This document shows positions 25,380-35,128 of a DNA stretch of 64,000 bases, piece after piece; the first letter of the stretch is position 1; each line of letters starts with the position of its first letter. Below the pieces are notes generated by a model. The model saw nothing but the letters and a program-made list of their open reading frames with translations. It was not told the origin of the DNA and ran no database searches. A program made the translations under genes and the position numbers. The DNA lies in assembly GCA_965207225.1 (NCBI GenBank), contig CBDBLV010000001.1, forward strand, positions 160,001-224,000, in the 5' to 3' direction. This DNA is from Dehalococcoidia bacterium (GTDB lineage: Bacteria; Chloroflexota; Dehalococcoidia; Plut-88900).

Positions 25380-27602
25380 CTATCGCTGTCCGCCCGGCCT
25401 CCACTCGATCACTGCCGTCTCCTCCGGGGTGGCCTCGATGCGGACGGGGAATCGCTGTCCCCTGGCCAGAAGCAGGCCGTCGCCGCGCGGGCAGGAGAGC
25501 AGCCACCTCTGGAGGTCTTCGGGCAGGTCGAAGGCGTCACCCACGGTGCCTATGGCCGCCGCGTCCTGCTGCAACAGCAGCTTGAAGGCGGCGTTTTGCA
25601 GCAGCGCCCTCCCCGAATGGCCAGTGATGGTCCTGGAAGAGTCCTCGGACAGAAGGTCCTGCACGTCCTGGGTGATGAACTGGAGCCCTAGCCGGTGCTT
25701 CCGCGCCCGCTTCGCCATGCTCACCATGAAGGCGGCTCCTTCGGGGTGCTGCATGATGCTCCACACCTCGTCCACCACCAGCAGCCTCGGCTTGGGGTTC
25801 TGGGCGGCCGCCGCCCACACCGTCTCGGTGCAGACCATCGCCGCAGCGGGCCTAAGCTCCGGTTCGAGGAGACGCAGGTCGAAGACGGTGACGAGTGCTT
25901 CGCTCCCCAGCAGGTCGTCCCCCTCGTCGGAGAGGAGGTTGCGGAGGCTGCCGGTGGCGAAGGGCCTCAGCAGGTGGGCTATGTCGGGGGCTTGCCCTTC
26001 AAGGTATGTGTAGAAATCACGGAAGCCTGTGCGTTCGCGGTGCTGGGCGTAGTAGCCCGCCAGGGCGTGGTCCAGGGAGGCCCTGCGCTCCGCTCCGAGG
26101 CTCTCACCCACCATCACCTCGATGAGCCTTCTCAGGCTCCCGATCCTCTGGAGCAGCTCCTCGTCGTCTCCCCGGTCGATGACGAAAGGGTTCATGCCCT
26201 GGCCTTCCACTCCGGGAGACAGCACCCTGCCTCCGGCGGCGCGAGCCATGTCCGCGTACTCCCCCTCCGGGTCGATGACGTAGGCGGTGACGCCGCGCGT
26301 CAATCCCCTGAGCACGCCCAGCTTGGTTGCGAAAGACTTGCCGCTGCCCGACCGTGCGAGGACTGCCGTGTTGGCGTTGAGATGGGTGCCGTCCCAGGGG
26401 TCGTAGACCACGGGGGAGCAGGCCCGCATGTCGATGCCGTAGAGGGTGCCGCTTCTTGTGTCCAGGTCCGGCGGCGAGAAGGGGAAGAGCCTCGCAAGGC
26501 TGGACGTGTCCAGGGTCCTCCACTCGGCCACGGCGTTCAGGGCAAGGGGCAATGTCGATAGCAGCCCCTCCCGCTGCCTGAACGCCAGGTTGTCCAGCTT
26601 GCCGAGAGTGGCGGCAAAATGGGCCTTGGCCCTCTGGGTCATCTCCTTCAGCGACGCCTCGTCCTTCGCGTGGAGGGTCACGGATAAAGAGGAGTGAAAT
26701 AGGCGCTCCCTGCCCCTCTGCACCTCGTTCCTGAGCCTGGTCACGTCCTCCAGGGCGATCTCGGCCTCGGGCGACATGGTTCGCCCCCGCTTGAAGGAGA
26801 GTGATTGCGCCGACTCGAATCTGACCTTCTGCCATTCGAGGGTGCGGGCCGCCTGCTCGGCGGGGATCGGCCCCAGATGAATGGACAGGTCCATGGGCGC
26901 TCCCGCCGCCATGAGTCCTTGCAGGAACCCCGGGGCCAGCGATCTCGGCCACTTGCCCAGGTGAAGGGAGCGGATGAGATGCGTGCCAATGCGCATGTCG
27001 CGCCGGTTGACCTGCACCTCGATCTCTTCGTTCTCGTCCACGTCAACAGGCGAGCCACCCAGGGCTGCGGCTACAAGGAACATTCGAAGCTGCCTGCCCC
27101 TGAGGGGGTGGACGGAGAGTCCGGCCCTCGCCAGCAGACCCCGCAGCTCGTCGATGCGGGCGTGCCCGCAGACGGCGTAGAAGCGCCGGTCCAGGATGCC
27201 GTCCCGGGCCTCCAGGTCGGTCAGCAGCCGGTTCAGCGAGTCGGCGGCGGCTCTCGTCTGCGGCGGCAGGTCGTCGGGTTGGGCCGCTTGCAGCTTCTCC
27301 CGCAGACCGCCAAGGCGCGGCGGGTGCTGGCGCATGAGCAGCTGCACCGGGAAGTCGAGGGCGTTGAGCGCCCCGGCGAAGGCCCCCAGCTTCGGCTCGT
27401 CGATCTCAAGCCCCATCACCTCGCACACTCCCACCTTCACCCCGTCCAGCCGCACGGGGCCGTCCTCCTCCAGGTGCGACAGCATGAAGAAGAAGGGCAG
27501 ACCGGGCGGCGGCTTCGGAACCGGAGCGGTCCCTTCGGGCGGCGCGGCGTCCGCCGTCCGCTCCGTGTTTCGTCTCTTGATTCGTTCAAGCAGCTCTTTC
27601 AA
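25380..27602 (-). CDS. VirB4-like ATPase
   Basis: NANTAVLARSGSGKSF, VIDPEGEY, LVVDEVW, KRARKH, ITQDVQD. TTG start with AAGGAG RBS. Confidence 0.88.
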   Translation of the reverse strand: MKELLERIKRRNTERTADAAPPEGTAPVPKPPPGLPFFFMLSHLEEDGPVRLDGVKVGVCEVMGLEIDEPKLGAFAGALNALDFPVQLLMRQHPPRLGGLREKLQAAQPDDLPPQTRAAADSLNRLLTDLEARDGILDRRFYAVCGHARIDELRGLLARAGLSVHPLRGRQLRMFLVAAALGGSPVDVDENEEIEVQVNRRDMRIGTHLIRSLHLGKWPRSLAPGFLQGLMAAGAPMDLSIHLGPIPAEQAARTLEWQKVRFESAQSLSFKRGRTMSPEAEIALEDVTRLRNEVQRGRERLFHSSLSVTLHAKDEASLKEMTQRAKAHFAATLGKLDNLAFRQREGLLSTLPLALNAVAEWRTLDTSSLARLFPFSPPDLDTRSGTLYGIDMRACSPVVYDPWDGTHLNANTAVLARSGSGKSFATKLGVLRGLTRGVTAYVIDPEGEYADMARAAGGRVLSPGVEGQGMNPFVIDRGDDEELLQRIGSLRRLIEVMVGESLGAERRASLDHALAGYYAQHRERTGFRDFYTYLEGQAPDIAHLLRPFATGSLRNLLSDEGDDLLGSEALVTVFDLRLLEPELRPAAAMVCTETVWAAAAQNPKPRLLVVDEVWSIMQHPEGAAFMVSMAKRARKHRLGLQFITQDVQDLLSEDSSRTITGHSGRALLQNAAFKLLLQQDAAAIGTVGDAFDLPEDLQRWLLSCPRGDGLLLARGQRFPVRIEATPEETAVIEWRPGGQR

Positions 27603-27621
27603 CTCGGTTGTCTCCTTCGTG

Positions 27622-27954
27622 CTAGGGGGTGGGGAACGGGCCGATGCCGCTGCGCAGCAGTGCGGCGACGGCCTTGGCCAGCAGCACCAGCACAAGGCCC
27701 ACGGCTGCCATGACCACGGCGGTCCTGGCCCTGCCGCCGCCACGCTCCTCCGCGCCCTCGGCCATCAGGACGAAGCCCGCCCAGACGACGGCGAAGACGG
27801 CGAGTCCGGCGGCGGCGTAGGCCATTGCGGTCAGCACCGCGTCGAAGGCGGCCAGCATCGCTTCCTTCTCCGCCGGGGCCGCGCCGACGGTCGCCAGCGC
27901 AGCCCAGGCAAGGAGGATTGCCGTCCATGCCCGTCTCACCAGGGCCACTCCCAT
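27622..27954 (-). CDS. VirB2/TrbC-like pilin
   Basis: Hydrophobic hairpin AVVWAGFVLM..AVVMAAVGLVLVLLA inside the T4SS operon. Confidence 0.6.
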   Translation of the reverse strand: MGVALVRRAWTAILLAWAALATVGAAPAEKEAMLAAFDAVLTAMAYAAAGLAVFAVVWAGFVLMAEGAEERGGGRARTAVVMAAVGLVLVLLAKAVAALLRSGIGPFPTP

Positions 27955-29615
27955 CCCAACCGGCGGAACCAGTCGGTCAGGTCGCCGCCGGGCGTCTGCT
28001 CGGCGGGCGGGTCTTCGGGCTCAGGCTGAGGCAGTGCCAGCAGGGCAAAGGCGTCGTCGGAACCGATTTCCGAGGCCAGCGATAGCGACTCTTCCCTTGT
28101 CCTGGTGAGGGGTTCTCGGTCGGTCGTCTCAGCCTTGACGTGCTCGGGATGGACGATGGTGAGGGTCACGTCCCTCTGCACCGTCTCGCCGGGCACCGAC
28201 AGGGTGGCGGAGACGGTGTGCTCCGTGGTAGTTCCGTCATCGTTGGTGACGGTGACCGTTTCGCTGACGGTTTGGGTCGTCCCCGGCCTCCACAGACTCA
28301 CCGTCTCGGTGCGCTTCTCCGTCCGCTCCGGGTGGTGGGTGAGCGTCGTCAGCGGAGGGATGGGGATGCGGAGGGTAGCCTCAAGACTCACGTCCAGGCT
28401 CACGGCGTGAATCGCCTCGCCGGTGGGCGCGGCGAGCCGGAAGCTCGTCTCCCCGTCGGGGACGAATGCGACGCTCGCGGTCGATGCTCCCGTCGTGGCA
28501 ACGACCGTTCCCGTGATGGCAGTCACCCCGGCGTCCATGAGCGCCGTCTCGGTGACGCTCTCGTGTCCGGCCACCGTCTGAAGCTCGACCGGGTGCTCGA
28601 CGGCGTCAACGCAGTCGGACTCGACGACGCCGGTGACGATCCCCGGCGTCCAGCCGAAGGAGATCACGTTCAGGTTGCACAGCTCGCCCTCGACTTCGGG
28701 GAGCGGGTACGGTATCCGGTCATGCTCCCAGGTGAGCGCTCCCGCCTGTCCCAGCGCGTCCTCCCAGGAAACGGCAAAGGAGGGCATTGGTCCGTTGAGG
28801 GGCAGCGAATAGTCGATGCTCTCTCCCTCTGTCAGCGTCGCCGAGCCCCAGAAGCGCAGGGTCGTGCCCTGGCCGCCGCCGAAGGCTCTCACCCGGATGT
28901 CCAGGTCGGTGGCCGCTCTCAGGGTCACTGCGGCCCGGTCGCCGGAGACGGTAAGCGCCTCGACGAATATCCGCCGTCCCTCCACCGGCTCCGTGACCTC
29001 GAAGTCGATCTCGTCCCGCCAGGGCTCGTGGCCGTCGGCAAGGACCGACTGGGGGACGGTCGCGGCCATCGCCACTGCGACGACCGCCATGACCGCTATC
29101 CAGCCCTTCGGTCCGTGGCCCTGGCTGTCGCGGCCCGCCTTGCGGGAACGGCGCTTGCCGAACCAGCAGTGGGGTCGGAATGGCTTTCTTTCACCGTTGC
29201 GCTTCTGCTTCCTGCGGCGGCGCAGCCTCTTGAGGGTCTTTCCGGCCCGCCTCGCCATCAGCCGCAGGGGGCCGGGGCCGCCCTTCACCGGCTGCAACGT
29301 GACCGGCGGCTCAGGACGCACCAGTTGGGACACAGGCCCGGCGTAGACCCTGGCTCCCAGCCGGTACTTGAGCAGGTCGGCGGCCACCAGCGGCAGCCGC
29401 CGACCTCCTATCTTTCCCACCACTACTGCGATGCCCATCAGCCCGAACAGGACGGCGAATCCCATCCGCACCTCGTTCGGCCCAACGGGGGCGTAGCGGT
29501 ATGCGCCGTAGGACAGGGCGCACACCGCCACCACCGCCACGATCTGCGGGAAGGTGAACCACAGCAGCACCCTGTCCTCGGCCTGCACGTGGGTCGGTAC
29601 CTCGTGTTCTCTCAT
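27936..29615 (-). CDS. PrgI-family (VirB3-like) protein with a large Thr-rich C-terminal extension
   Basis: HEVPTHVQAEDRVLLWFTFPQ plus 2 TM, a basic linker, another TM and a beta/Thr-rich region. Confidence 0.7.
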   Translation of the reverse strand: MREHEVPTHVQAEDRVLLWFTFPQIVAVVAVCALSYGAYRYAPVGPNEVRMGFAVLFGLMGIAVVVGKIGGRRLPLVAADLLKYRLGARVYAGPVSQLVRPEPPVTLQPVKGGPGPLRLMARRAGKTLKRLRRRRKQKRNGERKPFRPHCWFGKRRSRKAGRDSQGHGPKGWIAVMAVVAVAMAATVPQSVLADGHEPWRDEIDFEVTEPVEGRRIFVEALTVSGDRAAVTLRAATDLDIRVRAFGGGQGTTLRFWGSATLTEGESIDYSLPLNGPMPSFAVSWEDALGQAGALTWEHDRIPYPLPEVEGELCNLNVISFGWTPGIVTGVVESDCVDAVEHPVELQTVAGHESVTETALMDAGVTAITGTVVATTGASTASVAFVPDGETSFRLAAPTGEAIHAVSLDVSLEATLRIPIPPLTTLTHHPERTEKRTETVSLWRPGTTQTVSETVTVTNDDGTTTEHTVSATLSVPGETVQRDVTLTIVHPEHVKAETTDREPLTRTREESLSLASEIGSDDAFALLALPQPEPEDPPAEQTPGGDLTDWFRRLGWEWPW

Positions 29616-29633
29616 TGCTTTCTCTCCCTTCAC

Positions 29634-29918
29634 CTATTCCTCGGGGGTGGGTGTGGCTGGGTTGGGCACGTCGATCTCCACGGGGTTGCCCACCACCGCG
29701 TTCATCACCAGCTCGACGACCCCGTAGGCCACCATCGCCAGGACGATGCCCGCCAGGGCGGTCATCATGGCGCTCTTGCCCCGCTCCATCTGGTGGGGCG
29801 CTCCCGATGCCGTCAGGTACAGGTAGGCCCCGTAGATGAAGAAGCCCACGCCCACGACTCCCACGATCCCCAGCAAAATGCCCACCAGGTTCGATATGGT
29901 CTGTGTCAGGTCTTCCAT
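29634..29918 (-). CDS. VirB2/TrbC-like pilin
   Basis: FFIYGAYLYLTASGAPHQMERGKSAMMTALAGIVL, typical of T4SS pilins. Confidence 0.8.
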   Translation of the reverse strand: MEDLTQTISNLVGILLGIVGVVGVGFFIYGAYLYLTASGAPHQMERGKSAMMTALAGIVLAMVAYGVVELVMNAVVGNPVEIDVPNPATPTPEE

Positions 29919-30074
29919 CTGTTTTCGCTCCTCTCGTTCTTCGAGCCTTTCGCTCGTCTCTATCGGTCTCGTTCTCGTTGTCCTTCTAGCTGCACATCTC
30001 TCCCCCTCCGTCGTCGCGTTGGTCGGCGCACTCTTTGCCGCGCCTTGGTGATTTCGTTGTCCTTGTTGTTGAGG

Positions 30075-31055
30075 TCACTCGTTGGCGCTCCTAGGAGCCT
30101 CGCCGCCCGCGTCTCCACCGCCCGACGGGGTCGCCATCGAAGCCGCCGAGCTGAGGCCGCCAGCCGCAGCCGACAGCCCCGCGCTGGCCGCAACCGCTCC
30201 GACCGCAACGCCTCCAGGCCCGCCCGCCGCTCCCCCAGCCATCAGCCCGATGGTCCGGGCCGACCGCACCATCGACGCGGGCAGGTTCATGCCGAAATAG
30301 AGCATCGACAGCCAGCTATCGAAGGTGCCGGCGTTGCCAAGCAATGACGGCACCCTGGTCGCCATGTAGACGAAGGCCAGACTCATCAAGAGCTTCCAGA
30401 CCAGGTCCTGCACCGGCTCGAAGGCCGCTATCTGCGCCACCTCGTTCAGGAACCCGAACCCCAACGCCAACGCGATGAGCTGGATCGCCTGCTGGAAGGT
30501 GGTCGTCATGAAGAGCCTGAGCCAGTGCCTTCCCCATCCCGCCGTGTGCGGCAGAATCCACAGACCCAGGGCTATAGGAGCCAGGGCGAGAAGAATGTCG
30601 ATCAACGCAAGGCGTAGGATCATCTGCACGATGACGTAGAGGACGAAGAAGCCGTAGACCAGGTAGAGAAGGGCCAGCAGCAACGCCATGCCCACGCTCC
30701 CCGCCTGAACTGCGGTGAGCAGAGTCTTGAGGGTGGAGCGGAGCATGTCCCCGGCGGTGACGTTCAGAGATACCGCGACGAAGCCGGACACGGCGTCGGC
30801 AACGTCGATGACCAGCGCGCACCACCACAGGGAGGACGCGGCGGCCACAAGCCCCAGCACCAGACGGGGGACCATCTCCCGCCATCCGGCCTGACGGCTG
30901 CCAAGGTGCTCGCTGACGATGAACGTGAGGCCCATCCAGCCCAGGATCACAATGAGCGCGCCCGACGTGACGGCCCAGACGACCATCCACGCCTGCTGGA
31001 CAAGGTCGTGGGCGTAGGTGAGGTCGGGAGGAGTCCCGGTGAGGATGTCGCTCAT
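30075..31055 (-). CDS. VirB6/TrbL-like polytopic membrane protein
   Basis: Multiple TMs, LRLALIDILLALAPIALGLWILP and a Gly/Ala-rich tail. Confidence 0.78.
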   Translation of the reverse strand: MSDILTGTPPDLTYAHDLVQQAWMVVWAVTSGALIVILGWMGLTFIVSEHLGSRQAGWREMVPRLVLGLVAAASSLWWCALVIDVADAVSGFVAVSLNVTAGDMLRSTLKTLLTAVQAGSVGMALLLALLYLVYGFFVLYVIVQMILRLALIDILLALAPIALGLWILPHTAGWGRHWLRLFMTTTFQQAIQLIALALGFGFLNEVAQIAAFEPVQDLVWKLLMSLAFVYMATRVPSLLGNAGTFDSWLSMLYFGMNLPASMVRSARTIGLMAGGAAGGPGGVAVGAVAASAGLSAAAGGLSSAASMATPSGGGDAGGEAPRSANE

Positions 31056-31058
31056 GAG

Positions 31059-31673
31059 CTAACTCCCCTCACAGTTGTCGGCGTCCTCCCCCGAGGCCCG
31101 CTCAACGACACCGCACAGCGTCCCGTGGACTCCCTCGATCACCCAGCCGGCTGCGGCCCTGGCCCAACGGGAGGGGTTGAGGGCGCTCAGAATCTTGTCC
31201 CAGATGCGTCCCGGCTCGTGGATGGGGACGACGGCATAGAAGTCGCCCCGGTTGCCGTCCTCCGCCACCGCCAGCATGACCAGCAGGTAGGCGCGGTCCG
31301 GGTCGAGGTCGGGCTGCTCGTCCAGCTTGGGATACTCCCAGGAGTACTCCCAGCCGTCGGAGTGCTTCTTCTCGCCGCCCCGGACCCGGTACATGGCGGA
31401 TATCCAGTCGCCGGTGTCGGCGTCTCTGACGGCGTAGAAGAGGTCTTGGAGCTTGCGGTCGAAGAGGGGCCGTGCGACGAACTCGCCGCCCTTCTTGCGC
31501 TCGACGAATTCTCTGTCGGTGTTGACCAGGGTGATGTCGCCAGCGGGCGGCGATTGGGCCAGGGCGAGGTTGCTGGTGGGGACGGCCACAAGCGCCGCCA
31601 GCAGCAGCGCAATCGCCGTCGGAATGAGCCGCCCTGCCGGCCGGAGCTTCGATTTCTGCGCCAAGACGTTCAC
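31059..31673 (-). CDS. Secreted hypothetical protein, first gene of the transfer operon
   Basis: Signal peptide ending ALA-QS. Confidence 0.7.
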   Translation of the reverse strand: MNVLAQKSKLRPAGRLIPTAIALLLAALVAVPTSNLALAQSPPAGDITLVNTDREFVERKKGGEFVARPLFDRKLQDLFYAVRDADTGDWISAMYRVRGGEKKHSDGWEYSWEYPKLDEQPDLDPDRAYLLVMLAVAEDGNRGDFYAVVPIHEPGRIWDKILSALNPSRWARAAAGWVIEGVHGTLCGVVERASGEDADNCEGS

Positions 31674-31735
31674 CTCTCTGCGGTTTCGTGCGGCCTATCG
31701 GTTTGGGCCGCCGCAGGAGAGTGTGAACAAATCAA

Positions 31736-33057
31736 ACGCCGAAAAAGACCCCACGCATGGTGGCACCATCCATGCCCTCTTATCTGAGGCCCGTTTCGTG
31801 CAGTATTGGGGGTGTACAGGAAATGGACTTTTGTGACTGAGTGGTCAAAGTCGTGATTTCGTAGCTAAATCAGGGGCAAAACCCCCTCTACAGGAGGTGA
31901 ACGGTGAGCAATCTGATGAAAGGGCGGAGTCCGGTCTCCAATGACAAAAAGAGGCTTGAGGTGGGGGTGCATGACGCGGCCAAAATCGACGGCCCGATGA
32001 CAAAAACGGCCGAAAAGTCCGCTTGAGGTGGGGGTGCGTTACGCGGGGCGAGAGATCGGGCGAATCACGGACTTGGTGGAATTCATAGCTGGAACGAGTT
32101 TTCGGAGAAGGAGGAAATTGCCATGAAGACGACCGAACACGGCATCGAGGACAGCAGAGACGTGGAGAACATGTACCACATGAGGCTCATGACGTTGCTG
32201 CAAGAGCTGGTGCGGGAGCGGGGATACAAGGGCGCGGCGCGGGTGTTGGAGATCGACCAGCGCACGGTGGCCGAGAGCGCCAGGACGGGACGGCTGTCGC
32301 GGCGGATGCGGGAGGCCCTGGAGCGGGCCTTGCAGGAGGGCGTGGGTTCTGCGGCGGCCCGCCAGCGAGAGCGCAACGACGCCTTGGAGGAGCGCCTGGG
32401 GGAGTTGGAGAACGCGGTGGAGTCGCTGGGCAAGGAGGCGCGCAGGCGGCTGTCCAGGGTGGAAGGCGCGGTGGAGGCTCTGGCAAAGGAGGGCACAGTG
32501 AGTCCGAAGACGACCGGGGCCGGTCACGCCGGCGCCGGTCCCTCGGAGCAGAGCGCTGATAAAGGAGAGGATGCAGGGTCAGTGAGCGAAGGAAGTCCTG
32601 CGTCAAAGTCCTCGATGCGGCGCGAGTACCCCGAGCTGGTGACCCTTGAGCCCGCCGATGACGACGAGGAGGTCTTCGGAGACGCCTGGTCCCTGATCGT
32701 CCGGTGGCGGGCGTTGAAGGAGTCTCACCCCAACGAGGGAAGGGGTTTTGAGTGGCTCGTCGAGCGAGAAAGTCTGCTGGAGGTAGAACTGGCGCTCCTC
32801 GAAGAACACGGGATGACGCTCCCCCCGGAGAAGCAGCCCCTGCACGGCCTCGACCGCAGCGGCCAGGTCAGCTGGCGCAGGAAGGCCCTCTTCGATACAA
32901 AGAAGGCGCTGGCCAGGCGCGAGATCGTGGGACGGGTCGTGGGCTTTCTGACACTGAAGTGGTCGCGGCCTTCGCCGTGATGCTCCGCATTGCGGATGCG
33001 GGAGTGAACTTTGAAGCAATTTTCGGGGTGGGGGCATGCGTGGGGTCTTTTCGGCGT
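31736..33057. repeat. 23/24-bp inverted repeat (31736-31759 and 33035-33057) plus two 26-bp direct repeats (31954-31979, 32021-32046)
   Basis: ACGCCGAAAA(A)GACCCCACGCATG in inverted orientation; GCTTGAGGTGGGGGTGCRTKACGCGG twice. Confidence 0.85.
32123..32980 (+). CDS. Hypothetical protein (HTH-like N-terminus, coiled coil)
   Basis: AGGAGG RBS. GYKGAARVLEIDQRTVAES. Divergent from the transfer operon. Confidence 0.75.
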   Translation: MKTTEHGIEDSRDVENMYHMRLMTLLQELVRERGYKGAARVLEIDQRTVAESARTGRLSRRMREALERALQEGVGSAAARQRERNDALEERLGELENAVESLGKEARRRLSRVEGAVEALAKEGTVSPKTTGAGHAGAGPSEQSADKGEDAGSVSEGSPASKSSMRREYPELVTLEPADDDEEVFGDAWSLIVRWRALKESHPNEGRGFEWLVERESLLEVELALLEEHGMTLPPEKQPLHGLDRSGQVSWRRKALFDTKKALARREIVGRVVGFLTLKWSRPSP

Positions 33058-33396
33058 CGGAGACCTGCGATAATTGCCTCACTGTTTGGCTTTCTCCAAG
33101 GTTTCCGACCATAGAAACCTGGGTGCGTGATCCCTGTTGCACGGGCTTTGCCCAAGAGGGAATGCTGGCAATGCGGAGTTTGACGTTGGTCCTTCGCAAC
33201 CAGCGCGGGCCGATTCGACGGAGTTGACGCAAGGGCCTCCGTCCCCGGCTCAGTCCGGCGGTTGAAGTTTGACGTTGATCCCTCACCCGCTGGGCATAGG
33301 TCTGACGGCTGGGGTTGATCGCCTCATCCGTTGGGCCAAGGAGGACGGGTGCGCATGAGCGCCTCGTCCCCGGCAAACTGGTCGAAGTGCGCCTGG

Positions 33397-35127
33397 AGGC
33401 TGTCCCATAAGTGGGAAGTGACGGATAGCGCCCCGGCAGCTGTTCCGACGCGACATCTACGAAGAGATGAAGATGCCGCTTAGACCAGGGTTCGCTTTTA
33501 CGACCCCAGCCGGGAAGTGATAGGGGAATGCTGGATTGAAGGGTGAGAGTTGTGTAGTAGCGGCAGTTGCTGTGAGAGAGTGGGGAGAGGCACTAGGCCG
33601 CGGATACTTGAGTGGAGGGGTCGGCTCCGGGTCTCCACGCCTTCCAGATAGTGCGGAGGTTGAAGGCGATGGCAAGCACCGTCCATTCGGCCTTCACGTT
33701 GGCAAGGCCACGCAACAGGAACCTCCGAGCCCTCAGTTGTTCCTTAAAGATCCCGAAGACCGGTTCGACCAGGTACTTCCTCCGTTTGTAGGCCGTCGTG
33801 GCTGCCTCGGTAGACATCCATTCTCTGTGAGCGCGCAGTACATGGTCGCGTGCCCCGATTTCTAGCTTGCGTCCCCGTGGGTAATCCTTGGTGCAGACCC
33901 CAAATGCGGGGCAACTGCGGCAGGCCGAGGCAGAGGCTGCTCGGTATACCCGGACCGGCGTTCCGGCGTTTGTGGACGAGCTGGAGAAGCGCAATATCTT
34001 TCCATGAGGACAGACGTACCTGTCGTTGCCCTCGTCATAGGTGAATCGGTCCTTGTGATAGGGATTGTCCAGTGGTCGGGCCATATCCGGCATTGCCACT
34101 TGCTGACCTTTACGGTGACTCGCCTCCAGGTTCCGGCCTCCACAATAACCGGCGTCTGCCAACGTCAACGGAGTCCTGGTTCCTGTAACACCCTCTGCCT
34201 GTTCCATCATCGGGGTCAACTGGAGGGCGTCATTGACTTGGTCCACAACGTCTACGGCGGTCAGCAGCATGCCGGTCGTCTGTCCGCCTGGTGCCAGCGG
34301 TGACACCATAGCTTGGGCGTTGTAGCTGGGCATGAAGCCCTGACGGGTCCTCATGAGTTTTGCATCCCGATCGGTGAGGTTGATGCGCTTGCGATTCCGC
34401 TCAGAAGCCAACTCGTCCATCGCATGACGAATCTGCTCCCTCAGCGTTTGCTTGTTGGCTAATTCTTCCGGCAGATGTAATGCGGGGGTATCCTCACCTG
34501 CTTCGTTCTGAGCTTCAAGGTCGGAGATCGCCTTCTCCACCCTGTTCAATAACCGACCCAACTCCCCCGCATCGTAGGTCCTATCTCTTGCCGCATTGGC
34601 CCCCACCTTAGTTCCGTCAACCGCCTGCACCGCCAGATCCACCAGCTTCATCGTCACCGCCGTGCGCACAGTGCGCTCGAACAGCTTCCTCATGGACTGC
34701 CTGTGTTCCTTGTAGAACCGCCACAAGGTGTTGTGGTCAGGATGCTGCCAGCCGGTCAGCCACAGATACGGTATCTGGTCCCGGCAGGCCGCCTCCAACT
34801 TGCGGCAGGAGCGCACCCCGGTCATGAAACCGTACAGCCACACGCTCAACAAAGCGCGGGGATGGTAGGCCGGCGCTCCCATCGGGTCGCCGTCTATCTC
34901 CACGCCGAGTTCAGCCCAGCCTTCCCTATCCAGTGCGTCCACAAACTCGGCCACGAATCGGGCTGGATGGTCTAACGGCAACAGATCGTCAAGAGTCGGG
35001 GGCAACAGCCACATCTGTTCTCGGTCCATATCTCGAAGCGGCATCTCCATCTCTCCTTCGTCGATGTCGCTTCAAAGGTACACCTAACAAGGTTCCATTC
35101 ACCACTCCCCAACTTCTGAGACAGGCT
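33397..35127 (-). mobile_element. IS1182-family insertion sequence, no target-site duplication
   Basis: Imperfect TIRs AGGCTGTCCCATAAGTGGG and AGCCTGTCTCAGAAGTTGG (reverse complement). The flanks differ. Confidence 0.88.
33593..35050 (-). CDS. IS1182 transposase
   Basis: GAPAYHPRALL, PDHNTLWRF, VDGTKV, TDRDA, ADAGY, YKRRKYLVEPVFG. Confidence 0.95.
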   Translation of the reverse strand: MEMPLRDMDREQMWLLPPTLDDLLPLDHPARFVAEFVDALDREGWAELGVEIDGDPMGAPAYHPRALLSVWLYGFMTGVRSCRKLEAACRDQIPYLWLTGWQHPDHNTLWRFYKEHRQSMRKLFERTVRTAVTMKLVDLAVQAVDGTKVGANAARDRTYDAGELGRLLNRVEKAISDLEAQNEAGEDTPALHLPEELANKQTLREQIRHAMDELASERNRKRINLTDRDAKLMRTRQGFMPSYNAQAMVSPLAPGGQTTGMLLTAVDVVDQVNDALQLTPMMEQAEGVTGTRTPLTLADAGYCGGRNLEASHRKGQQVAMPDMARPLDNPYHKDRFTYDEGNDRYVCPHGKILRFSSSSTNAGTPVRVYRAASASACRSCPAFGVCTKDYPRGRKLEIGARDHVLRAHREWMSTEAATTAYKRRKYLVEPVFGIFKEQLRARRFLLRGLANVKAEWTVLAIAFNLRTIWKAWRPGADPSTQVSAA

Positions 35128-35128
35128 G

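Larger units (their letters stand above)
17759..33396 (-). mobile_element. Integrative conjugative-like element 2 at the tRNA-Ile 3' end; distal end cut by IS1182
   Basis: Serine recombinase reading into the tRNA, HigBA, Replication-relaxation, VirD4, VirB4, pilins, PrgI and VirB6. Confidence 0.85.

Noticed and set aside
23502-30347. Long plus-strand ORFs (601 aa, 735 aa and others)
   Set aside because: Antisense shadows of high-GC T4SS genes with no motifs.
31757-31769. ATGGTGGCACCAT as the second att site of element 2
   Set aside because: Only CACCAT matches the tRNA end, no matching arm is visible, and element-like sequence continues beyond it.
31736-33057. CCCCACGCA motifs as type I-E CRISPR repeats
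   Set aside because: Two inverted copies 1.3 kb apart, with no repeat-spacer periodicity.
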